Source: Clostridia bacterium | GTDB taxonomy: Bacteria; Bacillota; Clostridia; Christensenellales; UBA1242 | Assembly: GCA_017467625.1 (NCBI GenBank) | Contig: JAFUSN010000002.1 | Location: forward strand, 5,008-69,007 | Reading direction: 5' to 3' | DNA: 64,000 nt | Shown: positions 17,652-29,284 of the stretch, in pieces | Position numbering within the stretch: the stretch's first letter is position 1 | How the letters are laid out: each line of letters opens with the position of its first letter | Translations under genes and position numbers: made by a program | The notes under the pieces: model-generated | What the model was told of the DNA's origin: nothing | Databases searched by the model: none | What the model saw: the letters and a program-made list of their open reading frames with translations, nothing else

Positions 17652-19034
17652 TTATTTTCCTTCAACCATTTGACGAATGTCATTTATTTGAATTTCTAAT
17701 TTTTTAGACTTTTTCATGTCATCAGCAACTTTATTTTTTGCATATATTACTGTGGCGTGATCTTTTCCAAAAATATTTCCAACTGCTTCAAGTGGAATGT
17801 TTATCATTTCAGTGATTAAATACATTGCAATTTGCCTTGCTTCAGCAATTTCTTTTGTTCTTTTTCTTGCTAAAATATCTTCTTTTTTAATGTTGAAGAA
17901 TTTGCAAACCGTGTCAATGATTTTTGTTGCATCAACTGTTTCCGTTTCGGCTTTTGCAATGTTTTTAAGAGCTTCACGAGCTGAGTCAATTGTTACAACA
18001 TCTTCTTTAAGCAAACTTGAATAAAAAACTGTTCTTGATAAAAAGCCTTCCATTTCACGAATATTTGTTGTTGCAACATCTGCAATATATTCAATAACTT
18101 CTCTTGAAACATTGTAGCGTTCAATTTGAGCTTTTTTGTTTAAAATTGCAATTCTTGTTTCAATGTCTGGAACGCCAATGTCTGCAAGCATACCCCATTC
18201 AAAGCGTGAGCGAAGCCTTTCTTCTAAAGGATTGAGTTCCTTTGGTTGTTTATCAGAAGTTATTACAATTTGTTTTCCATTTTGATAAAGATCATTAAAC
18301 AAATTAAAAAATTGTTCTTGAACAGCAGGTTTTTTGATGAGCGCTTGAATGTCATCAATAATCAAAACATCGGCTTTGCTGTAAACCTCACGGAATTTTG
18401 CAGTGGTGTTATTTTGAAGCGCAGAAATAAAATCGTTTGTGAATTTGTCAGTTGTTACATAAACAACTTGAAGATTTGGATTGTTTTCTGCTAAATAGTT
18501 TCCAATGGCATGAAGAAGGTGAGTTTTTCCAAGACCTGAACCACCATAAATGAAAAGTGGATTAATTTTTGTGCTTGGAGCTTCTGCAACGGCTTTTGCT
18601 GCGGCACATGCAAATTGGTTACTTCCACCAACAATAAAATTTTCAAAAGTGTATTTTGGATTAAATCTAAATGAAGGAATAGCATCAGCTTGGGCTGGTT
18701 GTTCACTTGCATAAACCCTTTCAGTTGGTTCTTGCTTTGCAGATTCTTCTTCAAGATCGTCCTTAACCAAAATTTCAAGTTTGTTTATTGCGCTATAAAC
18801 TTTATTTGCAGAGTCAATGATTATGTTTTTGAAGTTTTTTGTTAAAAATTCTTTTGCCCTGTCAGTTTGAGTTGCAATAACCAGCACATTTTCCTTGATG
18901 TCAACAATTTCAAGACCTTTAATCCAAACATCATAGGAGAGAACAGAAGTGCGTTTTGCAATTTCTTCAAGTGTCCCTTGCCAAATTTCATTAATGTTTA
19001 TGCTTGAAGATGAAATGAAATCAGTGTTTTCCAA
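17652..19034 (-). CDS. dnaA: Chromosomal replication initiator DnaA (TTG start)
   Basis: YTFENFIVG, GGSGLGKTHL, IIDDIQ, RLRSRFEWG, KDHATV. Confidence 0.98.
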   Translation of the reverse strand: MENTDFISSSSININEIWQGTLEEIAKRTSVLSYDVWIKGLEIVDIKENVLVIATQTDRAKEFLTKNFKNIIIDSANKVYSAINKLEILVKDDLEEESAKQEPTERVYASEQPAQADAIPSFRFNPKYTFENFIVGGSNQFACAAAKAVAEAPSTKINPLFIYGGSGLGKTHLLHAIGNYLAENNPNLQVVYVTTDKFTNDFISALQNNTTAKFREVYSKADVLIIDDIQALIKKPAVQEQFFNLFNDLYQNGKQIVITSDKQPKELNPLEERLRSRFEWGMLADIGVPDIETRIAILNKKAQIERYNVSREVIEYIADVATTNIREMEGFLSRTVFYSSLLKEDVVTIDSAREALKNIAKAETETVDATKIIDTVCKFFNIKKEDILARKRTKEIAEARQIAMYLITEMINIPLEAVGNIFGKDHATVIYAKNKVADDMKKSKKLEIQINDIRQMVEGK

Positions 19035-19175
19035 AGTTTCCTCCTATACTCATTACTAAATCTAATTATATTTATAATTTGTTTAAAAAGCAACAAGTTT
19101 ATGTTGGTTTAAAGATTTTTAATCTTTCAATTGTTAGACAATTGTCACAAAAAAAAGTATAATAAACCTGTAATT

Positions 19176-20282
19176 ATGAGAGTGACAAACATTAAACTGA
19201 ATTCATTTAGAAATTATGACATGCTTGATGCCAACTTTTTTGATGGAACAAATTTAATTTCTGGTGGAAATGGACAGGGGAAAACAAATCTTGTTGAAGC
19301 TGTTATGCTTGCCGCTTTAACAAAAAGTCCAAGAACCTCAAATGATGATGATATGAAAAAAGACGGAACGGATTTTACAAGTGTTGAACTAAAGGTTCAA
19401 AGAGAGTTTGGAGAAGTTGACATTAAGTGCACTCTTGGCGAACTAGGAAAAAAGTTTTATATAAACGGAAATGAAGTTAAAAAGGATAGTGAGGTTTTTG
19501 GAAATTTGGTTGCAGTTTATTTTTCGCCAAATGACCTTGTTATTGTTAGTGGTTCACCGTCCGAGCGAAGGGACTTTGTTGATACTGATATTTCCCAGCT
19601 TAGTGGGAAGTATTACAATTTGATTCAGCGTTATCAAAAGGTTTTAGTTCAAAGAAATAAATTTTTAAAAACAACCAGGGATAAAGATGTGATTTATTCT
19701 CAAATTGAAATTTGGGATGAACAACTTGCCTCTCTTGCTGGGATTATCATTAAAACGCGTAAAAGTTTTATTGAAAAATTAAAAGAACCCGCAAATGAAA
19801 TAATTAAATTTATTTCAAAAGGCGGAGATGAACTTGCAATTAAATATGAAGGAGCAAAGGGAACTGGTGCAGATGAAATTAAAGCTGAAATTTTAAAATC
19901 ACTTAAGTTTAATTTGGAGCGTGACATTGAACTTGGCTACACAACTATTGGTCCACACCGTGATGATATTATTTTTGAACTTAACGGTAAAGACTCTAAA
20001 GTTTTTGCAAGTCAAGGTCAACAGCGAACGATTGTGCTTGCATTAAAAATCGCCGAGCTTTTGGTGTTTGGAAAAGAGATTGGTGAGAAGCCAGTGCTTG
20101 TTTTAGATGATGTTTTTAGTGAACTTGACACAAGCAGGCAGCGCAAACTTTATGAAAGATTGAAGGGTTATCAAGTGCTTATGACTGGAACAAACTTTAA
20201 ATTTAAACCAAGTGAAGATTATTTTCAAATTGTTGTTAAAAGTGCAAAAATTAAAGAAAAATATGTAAAAAATACAAAATAA
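19176..20282 (+). CDS. recF: DNA replication/repair protein RecF
   Basis: FRNY, GGNGQGKTN, GPHRDD, ASQGQQR, LDDVFSELD; start at ATG 19176. Confidence 0.96.
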   Translation: MRVTNIKLNSFRNYDMLDANFFDGTNLISGGNGQGKTNLVEAVMLAALTKSPRTSNDDDMKKDGTDFTSVELKVQREFGEVDIKCTLGELGKKFYINGNEVKKDSEVFGNLVAVYFSPNDLVIVSGSPSERRDFVDTDISQLSGKYYNLIQRYQKVLVQRNKFLKTTRDKDVIYSQIEIWDEQLASLAGIIIKTRKSFIEKLKEPANEIIKFISKGGDELAIKYEGAKGTGADEIKAEILKSLKFNLERDIELGYTTIGPHRDDIIFELNGKDSKVFASQGQQRTIVLALKIAELLVFGKEIGEKPVLVLDDVFSELDTSRQRKLYERLKGYQVLMTGTNFKFKPSEDYFQIVVKSAKIKEKYVKNTK

Positions 20283-20309
20283 AACCACCATTGATGGTGG
20301 TTTTTTATT

Positions 20310-21197
20310 TTAATTATTTCCTTTTTGAGATTCGTTCTCTTTGTTTTTTCTTTCCAAAATATTGTTGAGAGCCCTCAAATGAATTTGGTAAGTAAGTTCA
20401 AGTTCTGCAATGTTTTTTCTAATTTCTTCCATTGCGGAAATGTCGGCGTTAACATCATCATGTGCATCAACTAAAATGTCGTTATATGATCCATATCCAT
20501 TTGTTTTTGCAAATAATTCAAGGTTTTCAGGTTTAATATTTTTTGATGCTGCAATTAATGTTTTTGCTCTTGCAATTGATTCTTGAACGGCAGCAATGTC
20601 ATTTTCTGCAATTTTTAAAACAGATTTTTCGGTGAGTAATTGTTTTTCAATGTCTTTAAGTAAGAATCTAATTTCGGCTTCAAGTGACTCTAAACTTCCA
20701 GGAAATGCCATATGAAAGGCTCGTTTTGTGAGTGCACTGGCTTTTTTAAATTTTAACATAGACAAATGACGGTTTAGTCCATGCAGCGATTTTTTGAGCG
20801 GTGATATTTGGGTTGTTTTTATTTTGTTGGCACCACTGTAACTTTCCATTGCAAAGTGTTCTTCACTAGGAGTCAAAAATCTTTCTCGGTCTCTAAATCT
20901 TGGCGGAACACCAATTGCAGATGTGAGTCTTGGGTCGTCTCTTGATGGATAACTTTCAACCAAAAAGTCAGCAGACGCCTCCATTTTTCTAACCTTACTT
21001 TCAAGTATTTCAATTTGACTTGAAGTTTCTTCAATGTTGTTTATTGTTTTTTCCTTATCAATTTCAAGTCTTGCAATTGCAATTTCATCTTTCAAAACTC
21101 TTTCTACTTTTTTCATTTTTAATCTCCTTAAGGCATTTTTTATCTTCATCAAAACAAGTTTATTAAGATTTGTTTTGGCGTTAATATCTTTATTCAT
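20310..21197 (-). CDS. Orphan coiled-coil protein (ends SQKGNN)
   Basis: Long ORF; ATG 21197 overlaps the end of the upstream gene; start uncertain. Confidence 0.75.
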   Translation of the reverse strand: MNKDINAKTNLNKLVLMKIKNALRRLKMKKVERVLKDEIAIARLEIDKEKTINNIEETSSQIEILESKVRKMEASADFLVESYPSRDDPRLTSAIGVPPRFRDRERFLTPSEEHFAMESYSGANKIKTTQISPLKKSLHGLNRHLSMLKFKKASALTKRAFHMAFPGSLESLEAEIRFLLKDIEKQLLTEKSVLKIAENDIAAVQESIARAKTLIAASKNIKPENLELFAKTNGYGSYNDILVDAHDDVNADISAMEEIRKNIAELELTYQIHLRALNNILERKNKENESQKGNN

Positions 21198-21774
21198 TTC
21201 CTGGTTGTTTTTCAGGTGTTTCACTGTTAAGTATTTTTGATGCTTCGGCTTCTAATTTTTCAACCAAAAAGCTAAGATTTTCATTATGTTCAATTAACAC
21301 AAATTGTTTGATTAGTTTTGGTAACTTTTTTAAAATTGCCGAAACTTTTGTTGGTTGATTGTTAAGGTAATCGTGAATTTCTTTTTGTTTTGTTTCGTTA
21401 TTATATAAAAATTCTTTTAAGTAAGCCGCCATTGATTTGTAGGCAAGTTGAAATGCGACAGATGTTTCTCTTTCAATATCTTCAGTTTTTGCATTTTCAG
21501 GATATTTTGAATTCAAAATTTGAAGTGCAATTGTCATGGAATTTGTTGCATCTTCTAAATTGCCAAGTCTTTGACCTACTGATTGATATAAAATAAATTG
21601 TTTATCGGGGGTTTTAGTGGAAACCAATTTCATTATTTGATTAAATAAATCAGAACTTTGTTTATGAAGCGCATTGTAAAGGCTATTAAACTGGAGGTAA
21701 TTTTGTTTCACAATTTGTTCAGATTGGGCAATAATTTGACCAATTTTATTCAGCTCATCATTAGGTAAAATCAT
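21190..21774 (-). CDS. Orphan helical protein (ends EKQPGNE)
   Basis: 194 aa; GGGGGTGG RBS, TTGAAA...TGATAAAAT promoter divergent from gyrB. Confidence 0.8.
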   Translation of the reverse strand: MILPNDELNKIGQIIAQSEQIVKQNYLQFNSLYNALHKQSSDLFNQIMKLVSTKTPDKQFILYQSVGQRLGNLEDATNSMTIALQILNSKYPENAKTEDIERETSVAFQLAYKSMAAYLKEFLYNNETKQKEIHDYLNNQPTKVSAILKKLPKLIKQFVLIEHNENLSFLVEKLEAEASKILNSETPEKQPGNE

Positions 21775-21974
21775 AGTCCACCCCCTAGCTTTACTATTGT
21801 TATTTTATCATAATTCACATTAACTTTCAATACCTATTTTAAAATTTAATGTCAAAATATGTAAATTCGCGCGCGTGCGCGTTAATTATACTTATTTAAA
21901 TAAATTATATTTATAAAACGCCAAAAATTGCTTGTATAAACCTTAAAAATTTTGATATAATACACTTGTGCTAA

Positions 21975-23912
<1,938 letters not shown>

Positions 23913-23913
23913 T

Positions 23914-24216
23914 ATGGAAAAAAAGTATAAAGAATTTTATGACAGATGCATAAGGGTTTGGGGAGTTGATGCGCAAATTAAAATGTGTATTGAAGAAATG
24001 AGTGAACTCACCAAAGAGCTTTGCAAGTTTTACAGAGCTGGGGAAATGAATGCACCTGATGAAGTTAAAAACCATGTGATTGAGGAAATTGCAGATGTTC
24101 AAAACATGGTTGACCAAATGCAACACATTTTTGGTGAAGATGCTGTTGACAGAGTTCGTGAAGAAAAGAAAAAGCGAACTGAAAAATATTTAGAAATTGA
24201 TGAAAGGAAAAATTAG
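23914..24216 (+). CDS. MazG-like nucleotide pyrophosphohydrolase
   Basis: EEMSEL...EEIADV metal-binding motif; start at ATG 23914. Confidence 0.8.
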   Translation: MEKKYKEFYDRCIRVWGVDAQIKMCIEEMSELTKELCKFYRAGEMNAPDEVKNHVIEEIADVQNMVDQMQHIFGEDAVDRVREEKKKRTEKYLEIDERKN

Positions 24217-24219
24217 TTT

Positions 24220-26742
24220 ATGGCAAAGAAAAGAGATTATAGTTTAGAACATGAACAAATTCAAGATAACACCATAATTTATCCCGTTGAAATTAACACC
24301 GAGATGAAGCGAAGCTTTATTGCCTACGCCATGGCAGTTAATGTTTCAAGAGCAATTCCAGATGTTAGAGATGGTCTTAAACCCGTTCACAGAAGAATTT
24401 TGTATTCCATGAATGAAACTGGAATAACCAGTGATAAGCCACACAAAAAATGTGCGCGTATCGTCGGTGATGTGCTTGGTAAGTATCACCCACATGGTGA
24501 CAGTTCTGTTTATGGCGCACTTGTGCGATTGGCTCAAGATTTTGCAATTCGTTATCCACTTGTTGAAGGTCACGGAAACTTTGGTTCTGTTGATGGTGAT
24601 CCACCAGCAGCATACAGATACACCGAGGCAAGGCTTTCAAAACTTGCCGACGAAATGCTTCGTGATATTGACAAAGAAACCGTTGATTTTTCGCCAAACT
24701 TTGACGCAAGTTTAAAACAACCTGATGTGCTTCCAAGCCGTTTTCCAAACCTTCTTGTTAATGGAAGTGATGGAATTGCGGTTGGTATGGCAACAAACAT
24801 TCCACCTCACAATTTGGGTGAAGTGGTTGAAGCGGTTGTTTCTGAAATCAACAATCCTGACCAAACCATTGAAGACATTATGAAAGTTCTTCCAGCACCT
24901 GATTATCCAACTGGTGGTGTGATTATGGGAACAGAAGCGCTTCGCCAAGCTTATTTAACCGGAAAGGGCGGCGTTGTAATTCGTTCAAAAGCTGAAATTG
25001 AAGAAGATAATGATGGAAAGTCAAGAATTGTTGTAACTGAAATTCCATATCAAGTTAATAAAAGCGAAATGATTAAGCAAATTGCTGATATGGTTAAAAA
25101 TAAAAGAATTGATGGAATTCAGGACATTCGTGAAGAATCAGACAGACATGGAATGAGGCTTGTTTTTGATGTTAAGCGTGACTTTAATGCGCAAGTTGTT
25201 TTGAATACGCTTTACAAAAAAACACAACTTCAATCAAGTTATGGAATTAACTTTTTGGCGCTTGTTGATGGCTATCCAAAAGTGCTTAACATCAAGCAAA
25301 TTTTAGATTATTATATTGCCCATCAAAAAGATGTTATTTACAGAAGAACCAAATATGATTTAGCGAAAGCCGAAGAAAGAGAGCATATCATTGAGGGGCT
25401 TGTTGTTGCACTTGCAAACATTGATGAAGTTATTAAAATCATCAAAGGTTCAAAAGATAGAGATGATGCTTCAAAAAATCTTCAAGAAAAGTTTATGCTT
25501 TCGCAAATTCAAGCTGGTGCAATTTTGGATATGAGACTTCAAAGGCTCACCAGTTTGGAAGTTGAAAAACTCAACAAAGAACTTGCAGATTTAAGAGCTC
25601 TTATAACGGAATATCGTGGAATTTTGGCAAGTGAAGATAAAATTAAGCAAATCATCATAAAGGAACTTGAAGAGATTAAGGAAATTTATGGTGATGAAAG
25701 AAAAACTGAAATTGATTATAACGCTTCAACTGACATTAACATTGAAGATTTGATTGAAAAAGAAGATGTTGTTATTTCAATGACTCACTTTGGATATGTT
25801 AAGCGTATTCCAGTTGCAGAGTATAGGCAACAAAACCGTGGCGGAATGGGTTCAACAACTCATAAGCCAAAGGAAGAAGATTTTGTTGAACACATGTTTA
25901 TTTCGTCAACTCATGATTCAATTTTGTTCTTTACCAACAAGGGTAAGGTTTACACAATGAAGGGTTATGAAATTCCTGAAGAAGCAAAAACTTCAAGGGG
26001 AAGAAACCTTGTTAACCTTTTGGAACTTGAAAAAGATGAAAGAGTTCAAGCAGTTCTTCCAAAGAGAGCAAACGGTGTTGGTTTCCTTATCATGGCAACC
26101 AAAAATGGTCTTATCAAGAAGACTGCAACAAGCGAATTTGAAAGCATTAGAAAAACCGGAAAAATTGCAATCAATTTGGCTGATGATGACGAACTTATTT
26201 CAGTTGATTTCACCGATGGAACAAAAACAGTTATGGTTGCAACAAATGACGGCAAGTGCATCAGATTCAGTGAAGATGATGTTAAACCTCTTGGCCGTGA
26301 CACAATGGGTGTTAAGGCAATTGACCTTGGAAAGGGCGACGAAATGATTGATATGATTGTTTGCCGTGATGATGCTGACATTTTAACAATCACTGAAAAT
26401 GGATTTGGAAAGAGAACTGACCTTTCAGAGTATAAGGTTCAAAACAGAAATGGAAAGGGAATTAAAGCGGGAATTTTCAATGAAAAAACCGGAAGACTTG
26501 TTGGGCTTAAACAAGTTAGCGAAACTGAAGATGTTATGATTATTGCAAACAACGGAATCATCATAAGAACCGCTGCATCAAGCATTTCAAAAATCACTCG
26601 TGACACAATTGGTGTTAAAGTTATGAGACTTCATGAAGGCACAACGGTTTCAGCCATTGCAATTGCAGACAATGTTGCTGAAGACATGACCGAAGAAGGC
26701 GACGAAGAACCAATTGTTATCAATGACAGAGTTGAAGAATAA
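24220..26742 (+). CDS. gyrA: DNA gyrase subunit A
   Basis: [21 protein letters not shown], GyrA box QNRGGMG. Confidence 0.98.
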   Translation: MAKKRDYSLEHEQIQDNTIIYPVEINTEMKRSFIAYAMAVNVSRAIPDVRDGLKPVHRRILYSMNETGITSDKPHKKCARIVGDVLGKYHPHGDSSVYGALVRLAQDFAIRYPLVEGHGNFGSVDGDPPAAYRYTEARLSKLADEMLRDIDKETVDFSPNFDASLKQPDVLPSRFPNLLVNGSDGIAVGMATNIPPHNLGEVVEAVVSEINNPDQTIEDIMKVLPAPDYPTGGVIMGTEALRQAYLTGKGGVVIRSKAEIEEDNDGKSRIVVTEIPYQVNKSEMIKQIADMVKNKRIDGIQDIREESDRHGMRLVFDVKRDFNAQVVLNTLYKKTQLQSSYGINFLALVDGYPKVLNIKQILDYYIAHQKDVIYRRTKYDLAKAEEREHIIEGLVVALANIDEVIKIIKGSKDRDDASKNLQEKFMLSQIQAGAILDMRLQRLTSLEVEKLNKELADLRALITEYRGILASEDKIKQIIIKELEEIKEIYGDERKTEIDYNASTDINIEDLIEKEDVVISMTHFGYVKRIPVAEYRQQNRGGMGSTTHKPKEEDFVEHMFISSTHDSILFFTNKGKVYTMKGYEIPEEAKTSRGRNLVNLLELEKDERVQAVLPKRANGVGFLIMATKNGLIKKTATSEFESIRKTGKIAINLADDDELISVDFTDGTKTVMVATNDGKCIRFSEDDVKPLGRDTMGVKAIDLGKGDEMIDMIVCRDDADILTITENGFGKRTDLSEYKVQNRNGKGIKAGIFNEKTGRLVGLKQVSETEDVMIIANNGIIIRTAASSISKITRDTIGVKVMRLHEGTTVSAIAIADNVAEDMTEEGDEEPIVINDRVEE

Positions 26743-26760
26743 TGAGTTAAAAGATAAAAT

Positions 26761-26789
26761 AAAAAGCATGGCACTTGCCATGCTTTTTT
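26761..26789 (+). terminator. gyrA terminator
   Basis: aaaaagcatggc-actt-gccatgcttttt. Confidence 0.85.
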
Positions 26790-26893
26790 CATTATAAACA
26801 TAAACATAATTGCGTTTATATTAAAATATAAAAACCATTGATTTTTGTTTTAAGTTATGATATGATAATGTCAACAAAAGGAGGAAAAAGGAA

Positions 26894-28261
26894 ATGGAAT
26901 TTAACACTATTGAGATATTATCCACAAGAACAAGCCCAACTGAAGAATCAATTGCTGTGCTTGAAGATAAAGCAAACCCTGGTAAATTCTATATCAGTGC
27001 ATATGGTATGTTATTAAATGAAAAACCATTGACTAATCTTGCATCAGTCAAGTCAATTTTAAAGGAGGTTGCTGAGGCAGATAATGCAGAAAATTTAGAA
27101 ACAAAAGTTGATACTTTATTGAGTGCTGGAAACGTTGCAGGTGCTTTCGAGTTGTGTGAAGTGACTAATAATTTAATGGCAGAAAGACTTAAAATGCATG
27201 CCGCACTAGCCACTAAATATGGAACAATAAACAGCCGTGTAGCAATTTATACAAAGGCCCAACAATCCATGGAACAATTTACAGAACTTTACACTAAGGT
27301 TATGGGTAAAATTGATGCTAAGGAACTTGAAATTACAAAGAATAGAGTTCAAGCGGAGATTCAAAATGAAATAAGAACACAAGTTGATTCATTTGTTGGT
27401 GATCTCAAAAACAAACAAACCGATAGGGATGCCTTTGTTACAACATTCAAATTAACCGGGTATAAAGACAATGGTGAACCAACTCTAAATGATGCTGATT
27501 ATAAGAATAACACAAAAGTAGAAGAATATAAAAAAGCAAGGGTTCAATATGCTGCATTTAAAAAACTTGAGGGGGTTGAAAAAGAAGTTGCACAAGATTT
27601 TGAAAATGCTGTTAGTGCGGAAGATACAGAACCAAAAAATAAACCAACTGATGTATCTCCTTGGTTAGCTGATTATCCAAGCCTTGAACAATTTAAAGCA
27701 GATAATAATTTACCTAATGAAGACTATAAAAAACATTTGCAAGAACCTCAAAAACCTGATTTAAAAGTTTACGATGCTAAAAAAGTTGCTGACTATATTA
27801 GTGAATTGAAAAAATATAAAGCAGCTATGGTTATTAAAGCATTCTATGAACTTCAACAAAAGGAAATTGAAAGATTCAAGAAAATGGGAAATATTTTTAA
27901 TAGAGGAAAACGTCAGGAAAAGGAAATAAATCAAGAAAAGAAAAATGTTGATGTACCAGAAATAGATGCTTATGCAAAATTCTATGACGAAGCTGAAAAA
28001 TTTGCAAAGAAATATGGTCTTGAATGTAAATCTATAGAGAAAAATTATAAAATTATAAAAGATGATGGATTATCAGTTGAAGAAAAAAAAGTTAAAATTG
28101 TTGATGTGGCTTACCTAGTAGCCCAGAGAAATAAGGATTTGACACCACTTCAAAGGGCTGCACTTGAAGCCTTGATTGAACAAGCTAAAAATCATATTGA
28201 AAAGATGGAAAAATTAAATGAAAAGGCAATGGAAAGAGAAGCTGAGCCTGGAAGAGTTTAA
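26894..28261 (+). CDS. Large orphan helical/coiled-coil protein (ends EREAEPGRV)
   Basis: 455 aa, AGGAGG RBS, own promoter. Confidence 0.85.
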   Translation: MEFNTIEILSTRTSPTEESIAVLEDKANPGKFYISAYGMLLNEKPLTNLASVKSILKEVAEADNAENLETKVDTLLSAGNVAGAFELCEVTNNLMAERLKMHAALATKYGTINSRVAIYTKAQQSMEQFTELYTKVMGKIDAKELEITKNRVQAEIQNEIRTQVDSFVGDLKNKQTDRDAFVTTFKLTGYKDNGEPTLNDADYKNNTKVEEYKKARVQYAAFKKLEGVEKEVAQDFENAVSAEDTEPKNKPTDVSPWLADYPSLEQFKADNNLPNEDYKKHLQEPQKPDLKVYDAKKVADYISELKKYKAAMVIKAFYELQQKEIERFKKMGNIFNRGKRQEKEINQEKKNVDVPEIDAYAKFYDEAEKFAKKYGLECKSIEKNYKIIKDDGLSVEEKKVKIVDVAYLVAQRNKDLTPLQRAALEALIEQAKNHIEKMEKLNEKAMEREAEPGRV

Positions 28262-28275
28262 TAGGAGAGAGATTT

Positions 28276-28416
28276 ATGGAAAATAAAAATTTAACAGAAA
28301 AAGAAGTTGAAGAATTATATAAAGAAACTCTTGAATATATTGAAGCTTGTCACAAATATAATGAAGCGTTGCTTGACTATGTGAAAATTGCATACGCAAC
28401 TCCAAGAAAAAAATAA
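28276..28416 (+). CDS. Small protein, 46 aa (MENKNLTEKEVEELYKETLEYIEACHKYNEALLDYVKIAYATPRKK)
   Basis: AGGAG RBS, directly after 26894..28261 and before a terminator; below ORF-track cutoff. Confidence 0.65.
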   Translation: MENKNLTEKEVEELYKETLEYIEACHKYNEALLDYVKIAYATPRKK

Positions 28417-28555
28417 GAGAGTTAAAAACTTCTTAAGGAAAAAAAGAGACTTAACCAGATGGTTATGCCTCTTTTTTTGTTGGAAAAGGTGAAGAATTTA
28501 AATTTTTAGTAATAAAAGGGGACTTGATTTTTTAATAAAAAAGAAAAGAAAATAA

Positions 28556-28592
28556 GTGTCATTCTGAGTAAGCGAAGCGCACCGAAGAATCT
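28556..28592 (+). repeat. REP-like palindromic unit (GTGTCATTCTGAG...CCGAAGAATC), copy 1
   Basis: Direct repeat with 28749-28776; attct/agaat stem. Confidence 0.75.
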
Positions 28593-28596
28593 CATA

Positions 28597-28746
28597 TAAA
28601 CAATCAACCCTCTCACAAGTTGGCACAAAAGATTTTTCGTAAGAAAAAGATTTTCGTTTGGTGCCAGAGTGGCGAAGGGTATGGCGACGAAATAAAAAGA
28701 ACCATAAACAAATGGTGCTTTTGTTGACCGAGCCATTAGCCCGGAG
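28597..28746 (-). repeat. Dispersed structured repeat, copy 2
   Basis: Reverse-strand homolog of 2842-2985. Confidence 0.85.
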
Positions 28747-28748
28747 AC

Positions 28749-28776
28749 GTGTCATTCTGAGCTTGCCGAAGAATCC
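28749..28776 (+). repeat. REP-like palindromic unit, copy 2
   Basis: gtgtcattctgag-cttg-ccgaagaatc. Confidence 0.75.
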
Positions 28777-28845
28777 CAGATTTTAAACACAAAAAAACAA
28801 CTTATCTAAAACGATAAGTTGTTTTTATTTTATGCGAACTAAATT

Positions 28846-29274
28846 TTATTTATTGTTTTTAACCTTATTCATAATTGATGCCCAAACTTCATCTTCTTGA
28901 GCACGTTTTTCTTGAGCAAGTGCTTCTGTTGAAATTTTTTCAACCTTTCCGGTTTGCTCTTGAGCTTGTTCAATCATATTGAGAAGGGCCTGGGTTGTTA
29001 AAATATTTTTTGAAAGTTCAGGATTTTTTTCTATTGTTTCCTTAACTCTTTCTTTCAATGCTTCAGGGTTGTCCAAAACATCACCAAATGTTTCCGCAAC
29101 TTCTTTTAAAAAGGCTTCATTGTTATTTGGCAAGCTTTCAGTAGCGTCTAAAATTGCTCTAGTTTCCATGACTGTTTCAAGTTCGTCATCGGTTGGCGCA
29201 AAACTTGGGTCTTGTTTAAAAAGTTCAAGTTCTTCAGGTGTAAATAATTCAGTGTTAAATTCATTATTTTCCAT
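28846..29274 (-). CDS. Acidic orphan protein, partner of 29285..30688
   Basis: 142 aa, AGGAGG RBS, terminator at 28792-28826. Confidence 0.8.
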   Translation of the reverse strand: MENNEFNTELFTPEELELFKQDPSFAPTDDELETVMETRAILDATESLPNNNEAFLKEVAETFGDVLDNPEALKERVKETIEKNPELSKNILTTQALLNMIEQAQEQTGKVEKISTEALAQEKRAQEDEVWASIMNKVKNNK

Positions 29275-29284
29275 AAATTTCCTC

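Noticed and set aside
28498-28755. ORFs 28498..28755 and 28506..28736
   Set aside because: They are translations of the REP-like and structured repeats, with no RBS
28556-28776. Possible CRISPR array
   Set aside because: Only two unequal repeats about 160 bp apart, no regular spacers, no cas genes in the window
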